A stretch of DNA of 64,000 nt, taken from NCBI RefSeq assembly GCF_006345805.1, contig NC_042997.1:211916001-211980000 (forward strand), in the 5' to 3' direction. The DNA comes from Octopus sinensis (taxonomy: Eukaryota). The number at the start of each line of letters is the position of its first letter. The first letter of the stretch is position 1. A model generated the notes under the pieces. The model had not been told where the DNA came from, made no database searches, and saw only the letters and a list, made by a program, of their open reading frames with translations. Positions 1 through 12,984 of this stretch are shown here, piece by piece. Position numbers and translations under genes: made by a program.

Positions 1-2661
1 TTCTTGGTCATTACTCTCATTTTGGTCATTCTGGTCATTACTCTCATTTTGGTCATTCTCTGGTCATTACTCTCATTTTGGTCATTCTCTGGTCATCACT
101 TCATTTTGGTTATTCTCTGGTCAATACTCTCATTTTGGTCATTCTCTGGTCATTACTCTCATTTGGTCATTCTCTGGTCATTACTATCTTTTGGTCATTC
201 TCTGTCATCACTCTCATTTTGAGTAATTCCTTGTCATTACTCTCATTTTGGTCATTCTCTGGTCATCACTCTCATTTTGGTTTTCTCTGGTCATTACTCT
301 CATTTTGGTCATTGTCTGGTCATCACTTTCTTTTGGATATTCTCGGTCATTACTCTCATTTTGGTCATTCTCTGGTCATTACTTTCATTTGGTCATTCTC
401 TGGTCATTACTCTCATTTTGGTCATTCTCTGGTCATCATTCTCATTTTGGTCATCTCTGGTCATTACTCTCATTTTGGTCATTCGTATGGTCATCACTTT
501 CTTTGGATATTCTTGGTCAACTCTCATTTTGGTCATTCTCTGGTCAGTACTCTCATTTTGGTCATTCTCTGGCCATTACTCTCATTTTGGTCATTCACTG
601 GTCATTACTCTCATTGTAGTCATTCTCCGGTCATTACTCTCATTTTGTCATTCTCTGGTCATTACTATCATTTGGTCATTCTCTGGTCTTACTCTCATTT
701 TGGTCATTCTCTGCGTCATAACTCTCATTTGGTCATTCTCTGGTCATTACTCTCATTTTGGTTATTCTCTGGTCATCACTCTCATTTTGGTCATTCTCTG
801 GTCATTACTCTCATTTTGGTCATTCTCTGGTCATCACTCTCATTTTGGTCATTCTCTGGTCATCACTCTCATTTTGGTCATTCTCTTGTCATTACTCTCA
901 TTTTGGTCATTCTCTTGTCATCACTCTCATTTTGGTTATTCTCTGGTCATTACTCTCATTTTGGTCATTCTCTGGTCATTACTCTCATTTTGGTCATTCT
1001 CTGGTCATTACTCTCATTTTGGTCATTCTCTGGTCATCACTCTCATTTTGGTCATTCCCTGGTCATTACTCTCATTTTGGTCATTCTCTGGTCATCACTC
1101 TCATTTTGGTTATCCTCTGGTCATTACTCTCATTTTGGTCATTCACTGGTCATCACTTTCTTTTGGATATTCTCTGGTCATTACTCTCATTTTGGTCATT
1201 CTCTGGTCATTACTCTCATTTTGGTCATTCTCTGGTCATTACTCTCATTTTGGTCATTCTCTGGTCATTACTCTCATTTTAGTCATTCTCTGGTCATCAC
1301 TCTCATTTTGGTCACTCTCTGGTCATTACTCTCATTGTGGTAATTCTCTGGTCATTACTCTCATTTTGGTTATTCTCTGGTCATCACTCTCATTTTGGTT
1401 ATTCTCTGGTCATCACTCTCATTTTGGTCATTTTCTGGTCATCACTTTCATTTTGGTTATCCTCTGGTCATCAGTCTCATTTTGGTCATTCTCTGGTCAT
1501 TACTCTCATTTTAGTCATTCTCTGGTCATCAGTCTCATTTTGGTCATTCTCTGGTCATTACTCTCATTTTGGTCATTCTCTGGTCATCACTCTCATTTTG
1601 GTTATTCTCTGGTCATCACTTCTTTTGGTCATTCTCTGGTCATCACTTTCTTTTGGATATTCTCTGGTCATTACACTCATTTTGGTCATTCTCTGGTCAT
1701 TACCTCATTTTGGTCATTCTCTGGTCATTACTCTCATTTTGGTCATTCTTGGTCATTACTCATTTTGGTCATTCTCTGGTCATTACTCTCATTTTGGTCA
1801 TTCTTGGTCATTACTCTCATTTTGGTCATTCTCTGGTCATTACTCTCATATTGGTCATTCTCTGGTCATTACTCTCATTTTGGTCATTCTCTGGTCATTA
1901 CTCTCATTTTGGTCATTCTCTGGTCATCACTCTCATTTTGGTCATTGTCTTGTCATTACTCTCATTTGGTCATTCTCTGGTCATCACTCTCATTTTGGTT
2001 ATTCTCTGTTCATTACTCTCATTTTGGTCATTCTCTAGTCATCACTTTCTTTTGGATATTCTCTGGTCATTACTCTCATTTTGGTCATTCTCTGGTCATT
2101 ACTCTCATTTTGGTCATTCTCTGGTCATTACTCTCATTTTAGTCATTCTCTGGTCATTACTCTCATTTTGGTCATTCTCTGGTCATTACTCTCATTTTGG
2201 TCATTCTCTGGTCATTACTCTCATTTTGGTCATTCTCTGGTCATTACTCTCATTTTGGTCATTCTCTGGTCATTACTCTCATTTTGTTTATTCTGTGGTC
2301 ATTACTCTCATTTTGGTCATTCTCTGGTCATTACTCTCATTTTGGTCATTCTCTGGTCATTACTCTCATTTTAGTCATTCTCTGGTCATCACTCTCATTT
2401 TGGTCATTCTCTGGTCGTCACTCTGATTTTGGTTATTCTCTGGTCATCACTCTCACTTTGGTCATTCTCTGGTCATTACTCTCATTTTGGTCATTCTCTG
2501 GTCATTACTCTCATTTTGGTCATTCTCTGGTCATCACTCTCATTTTAGTCATTCTCTGGTCATCACTCTCATTTTGGTCATTCTCTGGTCATTACTCTCA
2601 TTTTGGTCATTCTCTGGTCATTACTCTCATATTGGTCATTCTCTGGTCATTACTCTCATTT
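1..2661. repeat. 29-bp tandem satellite (GGTCATTCTCT-GGTCATTACTCTCATTTT), about 90 copies, runs off the window start
   Basis: Unit read directly. It is built from two GGTCATT sub-repeats (11+18 nt) with scattered variants, and explains all ORFs at 4-2727. Confidence 0.97.
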
Positions 2662-3171
2662 GATCTTTCATATTTCTATTTAAGATGTCCTCTGCATCTT
2701 AAAGCTTCTTGCTTAAATATTTTATAGAATAACCATTCTTTTGCTTCTTAGCTAATGACTCAATTTTAATTTTATAATTGGTCTCGTAATATCAAGTCGT
2801 AACTATAGCGATGGTCTTACAGCTTGATTCTCTACCTTTGTTTCGAATCTTATCTCGATTTTCTATTGAAATTTTTGCTTATTACTATTAATGGCATTTT
2901 CAAGAATATAATAGTAAACTGTCACCTTTCTGATTTCGATTTGTTCGGCATAAACCGAAAGAACCGTGTCGTGTTTGTGTGCGTCTTCATCTTGGTTGTA
3001 AATGAGCATCACCATCATACAAGCGATGTTGCTTGTTTCTGGTCTCCTGTGAAAAAGATGTGTTGGCCACAGGAAAGGCATCCAGCCATAGAAAATCTTG
3101 CTCAACAAGTTCTGTCTTGCAAACATGGAACAGAAGATGTGAAATAATGATGATAATAATTACAATGATGA

Positions 3172-3510
3172 TGTGTCGGTGGCACGTAAAAAGCACCATC
3201 CGAATCGTGGCCGAAGCCAGTGCCGCCTCGACTGGCTTCCGGGCAGGTGGCATGTAAAATGCACCAATCCGACCGTGGCTGATGCCAGCCTCGCCTGGCT
3301 CCAGTGCAGGTGGCACGTAAAAAGCACCCACTACACTCATGGAGTGGTTGGCATTAGGAAGGACATCCAGCTGTAGAAACACTGCCAGATCACACTGGGC
3401 CTGGTGCAGCCTCCTGGCTTTACAGACCCCAGTTGAACCGTCCAACCCATGCTAGCATGGAAAGCAGACGTTAAACGATGATGATGATGATGATGATGAT
3501 GACGATGATG
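3172..3510 (+). mobile_element. RTE-LINE 3' UTR fragment with (GAT)n tail
   Basis: GGTGGCACGTAAAAAGCACC modules ending CCATGCTAGCATGGAAAGCAGACGTTAAAC(GAT)n; the same tail ends the RT-bearing copy at 28158-30007. Confidence 0.8.
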
Positions 3511-3749
3511 AAGAGGAGGATGAAAGCCACAACTTGTCCTTTTTAAACGATGCTTCACTTCCACATAATTAACATAAGTCAATTAACAAGTTTGTTATTT
3601 CTGTAATGTTCTTTGATTAAATCTCACATAGAAATTATAATTATTTTGAAATCTTCCTCTGCCTGTTTAATGCAAACGAAAAAAACGAAAAAGGAAGAAA
3701 TGAGCTTTTTTAATAAAAGAGGAAACAATTGAAATTGTCAATAAAACCG

Positions 3750-3755
3750 TTTATT
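3750..3755 (-). promoter_or_regulatory. Candidate polyadenylation signal AATAAA of the astacin-MAM gene
   Basis: AATAAA on the minus strand about 40 nt after the stop; a second AATAAA overlaps the stop (3794-3799). Confidence 0.45.
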
Positions 3756-3794
3756 AGCTTCGAGGCAAAAAAGGGAACAGCAAAATGAACAGCT

Positions 3795-3905
3795 TTATTT
3801 GGAAGACGTATGGAGATTTCTGGAACATAACCTTGGCAGGAATATAACATCATCGACTGCAATATCAGTGGAAGAACTGTTACCAATTCTACCTTCAAAC
3901 TCAAT
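3795..3905 (-). CDS. Astacin-MAM metalloprotease, last coding exon (MAM C-terminus)
   Basis: Acceptor cttccttttcaaatag, phase 0. Reads IEFEGRIGNSSSTDIAVDDVIFLPRLCSRNLHTSSK*; DIAVDDV plus the final Cys match the MAM C-terminal strand. Confidence 0.9.
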   Translation of the reverse strand: MEFEGRIGNSSSTDIAVDDVIFLPRLCSRNLHTSSK

Positions 3906-4269
3906 CTATTTGAAAAGGAAGAAGAAAAATCAAAGAAAAATATTAGATTTAATAAAATATCACAAGGAAATAAAGACAAATTCTCAAATATAAACCATGT
4001 TAGGGAAATAATATATTCTCTCAACACATGTTGCGAAAATATATTTTGGTAAATTATGGATGAATTGAGTTTGGAACAAAATTTTGCTGATTTTGCCTGA
4101 AGTTTTCCAATTTACATTTTCTATTTAATTCTAGATGAAGTTGTTATTGTATGAGTTCAGTGTTTATCCTTCCATGTTCAATAAAATAAAAGAGAATGAA
4201 AGAAAGGTTTAGGCACCGGATTAAGCCCCTCCTCTCAAAATTGCTGGCCCTTGGTCTCAATTTTAAACC

Positions 4270-4715
4270 TTATTATTATTGCAATTCTTTCCAGTTGCGA
4301 GGTTGTTCAGGGTCGCAATGTCTCAGCACCTTCTTGCAGCTCAAAGACACCACACTTTCGCCAGCACATGCCGCACAGTCCCAAGTAGAACCACCAGCTA
4401 CATACTTCCAATGATGCTTGCTTCTTCCAGCTTCTCCTCATGTTAGCTTCTTGTGTTCTTTGAGATGGTTCCAAGTGCACCAATCACAATGGATGTCTCT
4501 CTCTCTCTCACTCGTGTTCCTCTTTAAATGCTAAGTCTTCCTTTTGGCTTCCTCATTCTGATTTGCAGGTACCACTATGTCAATGAAAAGCCATTCTTTG
4601 GTCCCTTTCCTCAGAACAGTGATATCTGGTCAGTTATGTTGTAACTTCTTATCTCTGTAGATTGTTGTGTTCCCACTTGAGATTCCCTTAGTCATTCTCT
4701 GTGACTGTGGAGGGT
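4270..4715 (-). mobile_element. Dong/R4-like (REL endonuclease) LINE, degraded 3' fragment
   Basis: Minus-strand IVIGALGT-like and PDITVL..IDIVVP motifs with stops; (TAA)n-type tail. Confidence 0.65.
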
Positions 4716-4726
4716 TGTTCCTCATA

Positions 4727-4962
4727 CCTATTTCTTTACTACCCACAAGGGGCTAAACACAGAGGGGACAAACAAGGACAGACGAATGGATTAAGTTGAT
4801 TACATCGACCCCAGTGCATAACTGGTGCTTAATTTATCGACCCCGAAAGGATGAAAGGCAAAGTCGACCTTGGCAGAATTTGAACTCAGAACGTAACGGC
4901 AGACAAAATACCACAAAGCATTTCGCCCGGCGTGCTAACTGTTCTGCCAGCTCGCCGCCTTA
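4727..4962 (-). mobile_element. tRNA-type SINE, family A
   Basis: Near-identical to the copies at 35403-35640 and 54990-55218 (AGGCGGCGAGCTGGCAGAA...GAGTTCAAATTC...GTAAAGAAATAGG). Confidence 0.85.
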
Positions 4963-5616
4963 TTCCTCATACCACTTGTTGGTACACTCAGGCATGTACC
5001 TCCTACACATCTCCCACTTCACTCACTGTGCAACTTTGTCAGGGTTTTTTCTGTATTCCTTCTTGGCCAGTTTTGAACAACTACTGATTCCATATCTGAC
5101 CATCTCAAATGAATTCCCACACAGATGTTTCTGATGTTTCTCAATGCAATATTATTATTATTATTATTATTACCATTTGATGAAAACTCACAGCTTATTT
5201 TGCTGGGTTTCATAGAAAATCTCTGCTGTTCAGAGCCATCAGATTGACGTGGCATTTACTGATCATGCTTCTAAGACACTGCAGCAAACTCTCCTTTTAC
5301 TATTTTTCTTTTAAGTTAGGTTTTGTTGGAACTTTGGGAGTTTTGCATGTGTTGCAGGCTTGCTGCCCGCACCTACGGTACCATGCTGTCTTTTCCTTTT
5401 AACCATCTAAAACTTTCCCGATGATTCGAGTTGTGCCAAGGAGGTAAACCTTTCATAAAAGCTCTACTCGGCACTCTGTTCCCATTTCCTTTTATATTCC
5501 TCTATATTCCTCTTAATACACTCTGATACCGTCTTCAAAGACCCTCAAACCGTCCAACCCATGCCAACATGGAAAATGGACGTTAAATGATGATGAGGAT
5601 AATGATGTTGATGATA

Positions 5617-5684
<68 letters not shown>

Positions 5685-6900
5685 CATTGCCTTTGCACAG
5701 CTTCCAATGCTAGAGATGTACTACAGTGTCAGCATTTTGCTACCAGTGAACTAAAGAAACACCTCTAATTTTTCAAGCACCTTCCAGAGTATTCGAGCAG
5801 TTCTAAGCAGTGCTGTTTTCTGCAAGTGCTCCACCCTTATTGCAGCCCCTGTTTGTTCTATGTACTTCTTGAGATTTTTACTCACTGTTCCCAGGGCTCC
5901 GACAATTATTGGTACTACTGCTACCTTTTTCATCGACCACAACTGCTTAACTTCCCAAGCTAACCTGTCATATCTCTCGACTTTTCTTTCTTCCTTATCA
6001 TATATCTTGTTGTCAGCTGGGCATTCTATATCTATGATTCAGCATAGTTTGTTTTCTTTCTGAATTAAGACTATGTCTGGCTTCTTATTCTCTATCTCAT
6101 GGTTGTACTGATCCCACAGGATCTTTGCATTTCTATTTTCACCGATGCCTTCAGGTTAGTGGTCATACCAAGTTTTTGCTCTGTCAAGTCCATACTTGTT
6201 GCAAAATGTCCAATGGACAAACCTGGCTATATTGTCATGGCTTCTCTTATATTCCTTCTGGGCTAGTAGCGTACATTGGCTGGTAATATACCATATGGTT
6301 TCACCGTTTTGTCCACAGGTTCTGCACTTATCACTTTCTGCTGTGTTGTCTATTCTGTATTTTATGTAGTTTGTTCATGGGCAGCACAGACTAGAACCTC
6401 TGTTTCTGGTTTTAAATCACTTTTAGTCATCCACAGCCATCTTTTTCCGCTGTCTGTCTTATCTTCAACATCCCTATGAAATTGTCCATGCATTCTTTTC
6501 TTTACCCTCCTATTTTCAGTTTCATTCGTTTTCAATTTCTTGTACAGTGCTTTATCTTTGCAATCTTTCATCCTACACAAGCCTGAACTTCTTATTTCCA
6601 ATAATAGCAGTTCTGTGGCATTTTTTACATACCATGCTATGTTGTTTTCTTCTGCTCTAATGCTGTGTTCACATCCAATAAGTCCTCTTCCCCCTCTTTT
6701 TCTTCATACATACAGTCTGTCTGTGTCACTTTTTGGATGGAGTGTCCCATATCTAGTCTGCAACTTCCTTGTCTTTCTGTCTAAGCTGTTTAGCTTGCCT
6801 ACTGTCCATGCGATTACCCCTGCTCCATATCTAAGGAGTGAAACCACCCAGGTGTTGATAGCTTTGATCTTATTCCATCCGTTTAATTTGATTTAATTTT
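5617..6900 (-). mobile_element. Dong/R4-like LINE 3' fragment ending in a (TAA)n microsatellite (5617-5684)
   Basis: ORF 5751-5942 VVPIIVGALGTVSKNL..LQKTALLRTARIL; ORF 6362-6601 ..MHGQF..W.W...DLKPETE..AAHEQ. Confidence 0.8.
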
Positions 6901-7537
6901 GATGTTGATGTACTTGATGGACATGTCGCCCTATGATCCAAAGGCGCCTTTTTGAGTGGGCTGGTTACACTGGTGTAGGTTATGGCTGTGATCTCACTTT
7001 CCTTGCTGGGTCTTCTCGGTCACAGCATATCTCCAGAGGTCTCGGTCTCTTGTCATTGCCTCTGTGAGGCCCACCATTGCCTCATGGACTAAAATGTTCA
7101 AGAAGGATGTAAGGGAGATTTAGCTGTTATTTCTAGCAAATCTAGTAACTACGCAGTGGGACCATATTGACCGGTGTAAATGCGGAGCAGTACACTTGAT
7201 GTGAGATGAGGGTTGACCGTTGAATGTTGTGAAGTGAAGGCATTGATTCAGTGCTATCATTTCCATACTGGAACATAGTAAACACTATAAGGTATGAAAT
7301 ACTGCCCCTCCAGCCATGACCAGTGATTTGATTTTTCACTTTGGCTTTGCTCCAGCCTTTGGAAAAAAGACATAAACATGACCAAATCTTGCTTCCATCC
7401 TTGTCCCCATGTGGCATTCGATGACATTAATGGGTCTCTCAGAACAACTAAGGAAAGGAAGAAAAAATGGTTGGAAGAAGAACTAAACAAGGTTGTTGTT
7501 TTTTTTTTTTTACTGCAAATAATTCAAGATGTCTTAC

Positions 7538-7791
7538 TTGTGTGTTTGCTGTGGCTGTGATTGAAATGGTCACTTCCGTCCAGTTCTCAGTTTGGCTTTG
7601 GTTTCCTTCGGCCAAGAATAAACCAGGAGAAATGTTGTCTTCCTCAATTCTGTTCAGTTGAAGTGATACCCTGGATAAGCCCCGTATCTGGTACCAAAAT
7701 GTCAAGCAGTAATTGCCAGGAGGCAGCTGTGGTGTCTGAATTCTTGCAACACTGTCTTGGTTCGGAACAGCTTTCAGGTACAAATAGAAAC
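7538..7791 (-). CDS. Astacin-MAM metalloprotease exon (MAM core)
   Basis: Acceptor gacatttag, donor CAA|gtaaga, phase 1 to 0. Reads (G)FYLYLKAV..ARIQTPQLPPGNYCLTFWYQIRG..NWTEVTISITATANTQ. Confidence 0.93.
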
Positions 7792-7856
7792 CTAAATGTC
7801 AAAAGATAATATAAAATGGTATTTTAATGTGATGCCACTGATGTAGTAACATCTGA

Positions 7857-8038
7857 CCCTCTCGTTACCATATTTCTGAGGAAACCCACTGCTTTTGCTT
7901 AAATTCATTCAGAAAATAACGAAGAATTTGCTAAAATAACTTGGTCGTTATTAAGTTGCTGTTTTGAGCATAAATTAAAAATGGGAAGCTTGAATCTCAT
8001 AACGAGGAGCAATCACAGGTGGATTGGTATAGAAAGGG
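7857..8038. mobile_element. Degenerate piggyBac-type MITE
   Basis: Left CCCTCTCGTTACC, right GGTATAGAAAGGG|TTAA; interior similar to 48743-48963. Confidence 0.55.
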
Positions 8039-8044
8039 TTAAAC

Positions 8045-8260
8045 TCTTTTCTACTTTAGGCACAAGGCTTGAAATTTTGGGGGAGGTGGGCAGTCGATTA
8101 CGTCAACCCCAGTATGCAACCGGTACTTAATTTATCGACCCTCAAAGGATGAAAGGTAAAGTCGACCTTGGCATAATTTGAACCCAGAACCTAAAGACAG
8201 ACGAAATACAGCTAAGCATTTCAACCGGTGTGCTAACGTTTCTGCCAGCTCACCGCCTTT
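8045..8260 (-). mobile_element. tRNA-type SINE, family A
   Basis: Similar to 4727-4962. Confidence 0.75.
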
Positions 8261-8772
8261 AAACTCTAATATTCTAAACAGGCAATTTTGTCATCATCAT
8301 CATCATCATCATCATTGTCATCACTTTACAAATGGTTTATTTACATGTTTCTGCATTTGATGTACAGTTTTACAATATATTTCTGAATTGAGATACTAAC
8401 ATTCAACCATCAAATGATGGGAAATATTAAATTGTCAGATAAACACAATATTACAAAAAAGATTGTGTTTGAGTCGAATGTTTCATAAATGCTTTTAAAT
8501 ATTTTTTAGATATGAGCAATGCTTGAGCACTGTTTACCATAAACTCATTCCGGTAGAATTGTTAGCACACTGGGCAAAATGCTTAGCAGCATTCCCTCTG
8601 GCTTTGCGTTCTGAGTTCAAATACTGCTGAGGTTGCCTTCCATCCTGCCAGGATCATCATCATTGTTTAGCGTCCGTTCAATTGGGGTCTGGGAAACCAG
8701 AAGGCTGCACCAGGCCCAGTTTGATCTGGCAATGTTTCTATGGCTGGATGCCCTTCCTAACGCCAACCACTC

Positions 8773-8852
8773 CATGAGTGTAGTACTGCATGAGTGTAGT
8801 ACTCCATGAGTGTAGTACTCCATGAGTGTAGTACTCCATGAGTGTAGTACTC
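8773..8852. repeat. 16-bp unit x5 (CATGAGTGTAGTACTC)
   Basis: Five direct copies read at 8773, 8789, 8805, 8821 and 8837; the first has one mismatch. Confidence 0.95.
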
Positions 8853-8954
8853 CATGACAAAACAAATACCAGTTGCACACTGGGGTCAATGTAATCGACT
8901 AGTTCCCTCCCCCAAAATTTCAGGCTTTGTGCCCATAGTCGAATGGATTATCAT

Positions 8955-10375
8955 TCATCCTCATCATGTTTGTTTAACGTCTGCTTTTCATGCTGGCATG
9001 GGTTGGATGATTTGACTATCATCTGGTGAACCAGATGGCTGCACCAGGCTCCAATCTGATCTGGTAGAATTTCTACAGCTGCATGCTCTTCCTAATGCCA
9101 ACCACTCTGAGAGTGTAGGGGGGTGCTTTTTATGTGCCACTGGCATGAGGGCCAGTCAGGCGGTACTAGCAATGGCCTCGCTCGAATGGTGTTTTTTATG
9201 TGCCACCTGCACAGGAGCCAGTCCAGTGGCACTGGCAATGATTTCACTAGAATGTTTTATCACGTGCCACCAGCACAGTTGCCAGTAAGGCGACGCAGGT
9301 AACAATAATGCACGAATGGTGTTTTTTTTTGCATCACTGGCACGGAGGCGAGCTTGTTGCTCTGGCGATAATGCCGTTCCACTAGCATGGATGCCAGTCA
9401 TTGAATTTGATTTCAATTTCAATTTTGATTTCACTTGCCTCTACAGGTCTTCGCAAGCAGAGTTTAGTGTCCAATGAAGGAAAGGTAGGCATAAATGGAC
9501 TGGTTGCACCCTTGGCATAGGCCACAAGGTTATGGTCACACTTGAGCTTACCGAGTCTTCTCAAGCACAGCGTATTTCCAAAGGTCCCAGTCACTAGTCA
9601 TTGCTTTGGTGAGGCCCAATGTTCGAAGGTCATGCTTCACCACCTCATCCCTGGTCTTCTTGGGTCTACCTCTTCCACAGGTTCCCTCAATCGCTAGGGT
9701 GTGGCACTTTTTCACACAGCTATCCTCATCCATTCTCACCACATGGCCATACCAGCACAGTCGTCTCTTGCACACCACATCTGATGCTTCTTAAGTCCAA
9801 CTTTTCACTCAAGGTACTTACACTCTGTCGAGTATGCACAGTGACATTACACATCCATCGGAGCATACTGGCTTCATTCCTTGCGAGCTAACACATGTCC
9901 TCAGCAACCACGGCCCATGTTTCACTGGCATGTAGCATGGCTGTTCATACACATGTGTCATACAGTCTACCTTTTACTCTGAGCAAGAGGCCTTTTATCA
10001 CCAGCAGAGGTAAGAGCTCACTGAACTTTGCCCTGGCTATTCTTATTCTAGCAGTTACACTTTCAGCACACCTGCCCCCGCTACTGACTTGGTCACCTAG
10101 ATAACGGAAGCTGTCAACTACTTCTAGTTTTTCTCCCTGAAATGTGGCAGAAGTTGTTCTCTGCACACTTTCAGTGTTATTTATTGCTCCTGAGCATCTG
10201 CCACATACAAAAACTATCTTCCCAGTTAGCCTTCCTTTGACATTGCTGCACCTCTTACGTGTCCATAGCTTACACTGGGCACATCTTATAGAGTTTCTAC
10301 CTACACCTTTTCTACAGATCAAGCAGGGCCAACTACCTGAAGGCATTTGTGGTTTGCCTGCCTTCCTACTTATTA
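8955..10375 (-). mobile_element. RTE-clade LINE, 5'-truncated and decayed (C-terminal ORF2 plus 3' UTR)
   Basis: ORFs 9945-10346 (KLEVVDSFRYLG..) and 9548-9778 (RLCWYGHVVRMDE..GRGRPKKT). Confidence 0.85.
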
Positions 10376-11319
10376 TGGATTTGGTTTGTAGATTTGTAAT
10401 TTATACATTAAAACAAGGATTTCAAAATAACATTTTTAGATAAATTTTATAAAAAATTCTGTTTCCCTCTGCAAAGGAAAGGAGACTAATAAATCACAGG
10501 AAATTAACAAAATTATATTTTGATAATTTGTGGAAATATATAGTATTGTTTAAATAAGGGGATAGCATTGATCTCAATGATGTTGGATCAACCGTTTGTT
10601 TGCCTCTCTCTCTCTCTCTCTCTTTGTCCACTTGTATCTGTCTGTGTGTCCTTTTTACTAGTCTTGTGTTGGGCAAAGTCTTGTGTTTGGAAGTCCATGA
10701 AATAATCTCTACATGTAAAGTCTCTCACACACATGTGCGTGCACACACACACACACACCACACACACACACACACTGAACCTACCTGAGAACTAGCATAA
10801 ACTTCTTCTGTTAACACTTTGAGTCAAAAAGCAGCAGGCAGTTCAGTTGATTGAACAACTGTCAAACTGTTGTCTGCTGGTATTCACTAAGGAGGTTTAA
10901 TAATAGTGAAACATATTCACAGTTGTCTCTCCATAACTGCCAACATCAAACTCCACATAACAATGCCAGGGTTGTCTCCCTTCCTTCCCTCTTGATGAAA
11001 TGTTCATTAACCTATCACTACAGTGAGTTTGCTATGACCTTACTTCTGTAACTACATTATGTCTAATCACTGCATTAGGGTAAAACTGATTTAATTATTT
11101 TATTTAATTAGGTTCCATTTCACAGTTTATAGATTTAATCTAGCTTTTTTTAAAATATGATTTCCTACCAAACAAGGTTTGAGGCTACTGTAGCATAAGG
11201 GATTACAAAGATGTAAAAGGGGCCAACAAATTTTAAAAATTGTCAATTGAGAGAAAACTTAAAGGATTGAATATCCTAGAGCAGAGGAAAAGAAGAGATG
11301 ATCATAAGGATTTCCAAAG

Positions 11320-11765
11320 GGCAACAATTTGAGGAAAGAAGTGTGATCATTACCAGCGTCACCTTACTGGCACTTGTGCCCCATACTAGCAGGGTGCCAA
11401 GAGCACCATCCGAGCGTGATCGTTGCCAGAGCGGCCAACTGGCTTCTGTGCCGGTGGCACGTAAAAGGGCACAATTTGAGTGTGATTGTTATCAATGTCG
11501 CCTTACTGGCACCTGTGTGGGTAGCATGTGTAAAAAGATTCAAAACGAGGTCATTGCCAGTACTGCCTGACTGGCCCCTGTAACGGTGGCATGTAAAAGT
11601 ACCTACTACACTCTCGGAGTGGCGTTAGGAAGGGCATCCGGCTGTAGAAACTCTGCCAGATCAAGATTGGAGCCTGGTGCAGCCCTCTGGTTTGCCAGTC
11701 CTCAGTCAAAATCGTCCAACCCATGCCAGCATGGAAAGCGGACGTTAAACGATGATGATGATGAA
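11320..11765 (+). mobile_element. RTE-LINE 3' UTR fragment
   Basis: Modules with GTGCCGGTGGCAC and the CATGCCAGCATGGAAAGCGGACGTTAAAC(GAT)n tail. Confidence 0.8.
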
Positions 11766-11960
11766 GGAAGCTACTAGAATAAGATGACTAATAGGAAGCT
11801 CAACAGAGAAACAATGTACCTGGGAAGAGAAGCAGGTGATACGCTTAATGAAGGTCAATACTTTAAAACTAAAAAATATAATTGGAGAAATGAATCTAGA
11901 GTTTTAAAAATGCTCGTTAGTAAAAGTAAATGGTTGACTGAACAAAAGAAGCAGGCTGAC

Positions 11961-12125
11961 CTTGAAATGTCCTGTAAGTGTGGTCGTATGTTGGTCCAGT
12001 ATTTGGAGATGTTTCAAAGAAAGAATGACGGACCCATTTATTGGCATTCATTGGTGAATTAATTTCTCTGTGATTCCAGCCACATAAACCCTTATCAAAT
12101 GTACAGTTTGGAGATGAAATATTGC
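11961..12125 (-). CDS. Astacin-MAM metalloprotease exon (MAM N-terminus); missed by the ORF track
   Basis: Acceptor tttattctttcaag, donor CAAG|gtcagc, phase 1 to 1. Reads (G)NISSPNCTFDKGLCGWNHREINSPMNANKWVRHSFFETSPNTGPTYDHTYRTFQ, carrying the CxFD..CGW and TGP..DHT MAM motifs. Confidence 0.93.
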
Positions 12126-12984
12126 CTTGAAAGAATAAAGTGTAAAATGAAAGAATAATTTTTTTTTTACCTGTTTCTAAAGTTTCATAAAATCTTATTT
12201 GTTGTTGTCCACTTCACAATGTGACACAAGAACTGATGTTGTTGTGGAGTGGGGGACATTGCACATTGCTGAATCATAAGAATTACCCATGTTTTTGTTA
12301 TGTATTTGTCTGAATATTTTTTTATCACACCTAATGCGCCATCTAGTGCTGGACAAAATACTTAGCAGCATTGCCTCCATCTTTCCATTCTGAGTTCCAA
12401 TTAGTTTCAATACTAAAGTCCCAAAGAACAGTGATGTCTTTATTTTCTATTCTGCTGCAGGTTTATATTCCCACCAATTCTTTTTCTATTGGAATCCAAA
12501 CTGATGGAAGTTAGCTTTGTAGTTTCTGGTGGGCTTACACAATGATGCCAACCACTGATGGACCAGACCTGAATCAACATAAGGATCGCTGACCCTTGTA
12601 GGGTATTTACCATGTAGTGCCTTACTTTTTCCATTGATTTTGCAGCTCTGAAATTCCATAGAATTTGGATTGTGCTTTTATAAAAATATCGACTGGAAAT
12701 GTTGAAAATGTAATTACATTCAATATAAATGAGACAAAATAAATACTTCAAGGGCACTGAAATGGTGTCTAAAGCCAGCTGGAGACGACAATCTCCTGGG
12801 GCTATAAAGCTACAGTAACACCCCCTCCCCTATGTGGTTAGCCATGTTAAGATGGCTTCTATACTTTACATTATCGAGCGATTACTGTTTCAATCTCATT
12901 CTGAGATTTAAAAATAAATAAAACATCTCAGAAATAGAAAAACATATTCCAAAACCATTCTTGTAAACACAGTGTGATTTTTAC

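Noticed and set aside
4-2727. Long + strand ORFs (up to 621 aa) rich in VILW/SFWS
   Set aside because: Translation of a 29-bp satellite that lacks stop codons; periodic frame-shifting peptide with no domain.
7142-7268. Alternative terminal exon after ctatgttccag (YGNDSTES..RSY*)
   Set aside because: In phase but has no MAM features and would truncate the fold; no support.
7378-7560. + strand VAFDDIN, resembling the MAM C-terminal IAIDDI strand
   Set aside because: Wrong strand; the true MAM end (DIAVDDV) is the in-phase exon at 3905-3795.
12171-12176. 6-nt micro-exon ag|AAACAG|gtaaaa
   Set aside because: Would leave a 45-nt intron and has a poor acceptor.
12626-12692. 67-nt segment with good acceptor and GTAAGG donor between the astacin and MAM exons
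   Set aside because: Not frame-preserving, and the flanking exons already join in phase; at most a poison exon.
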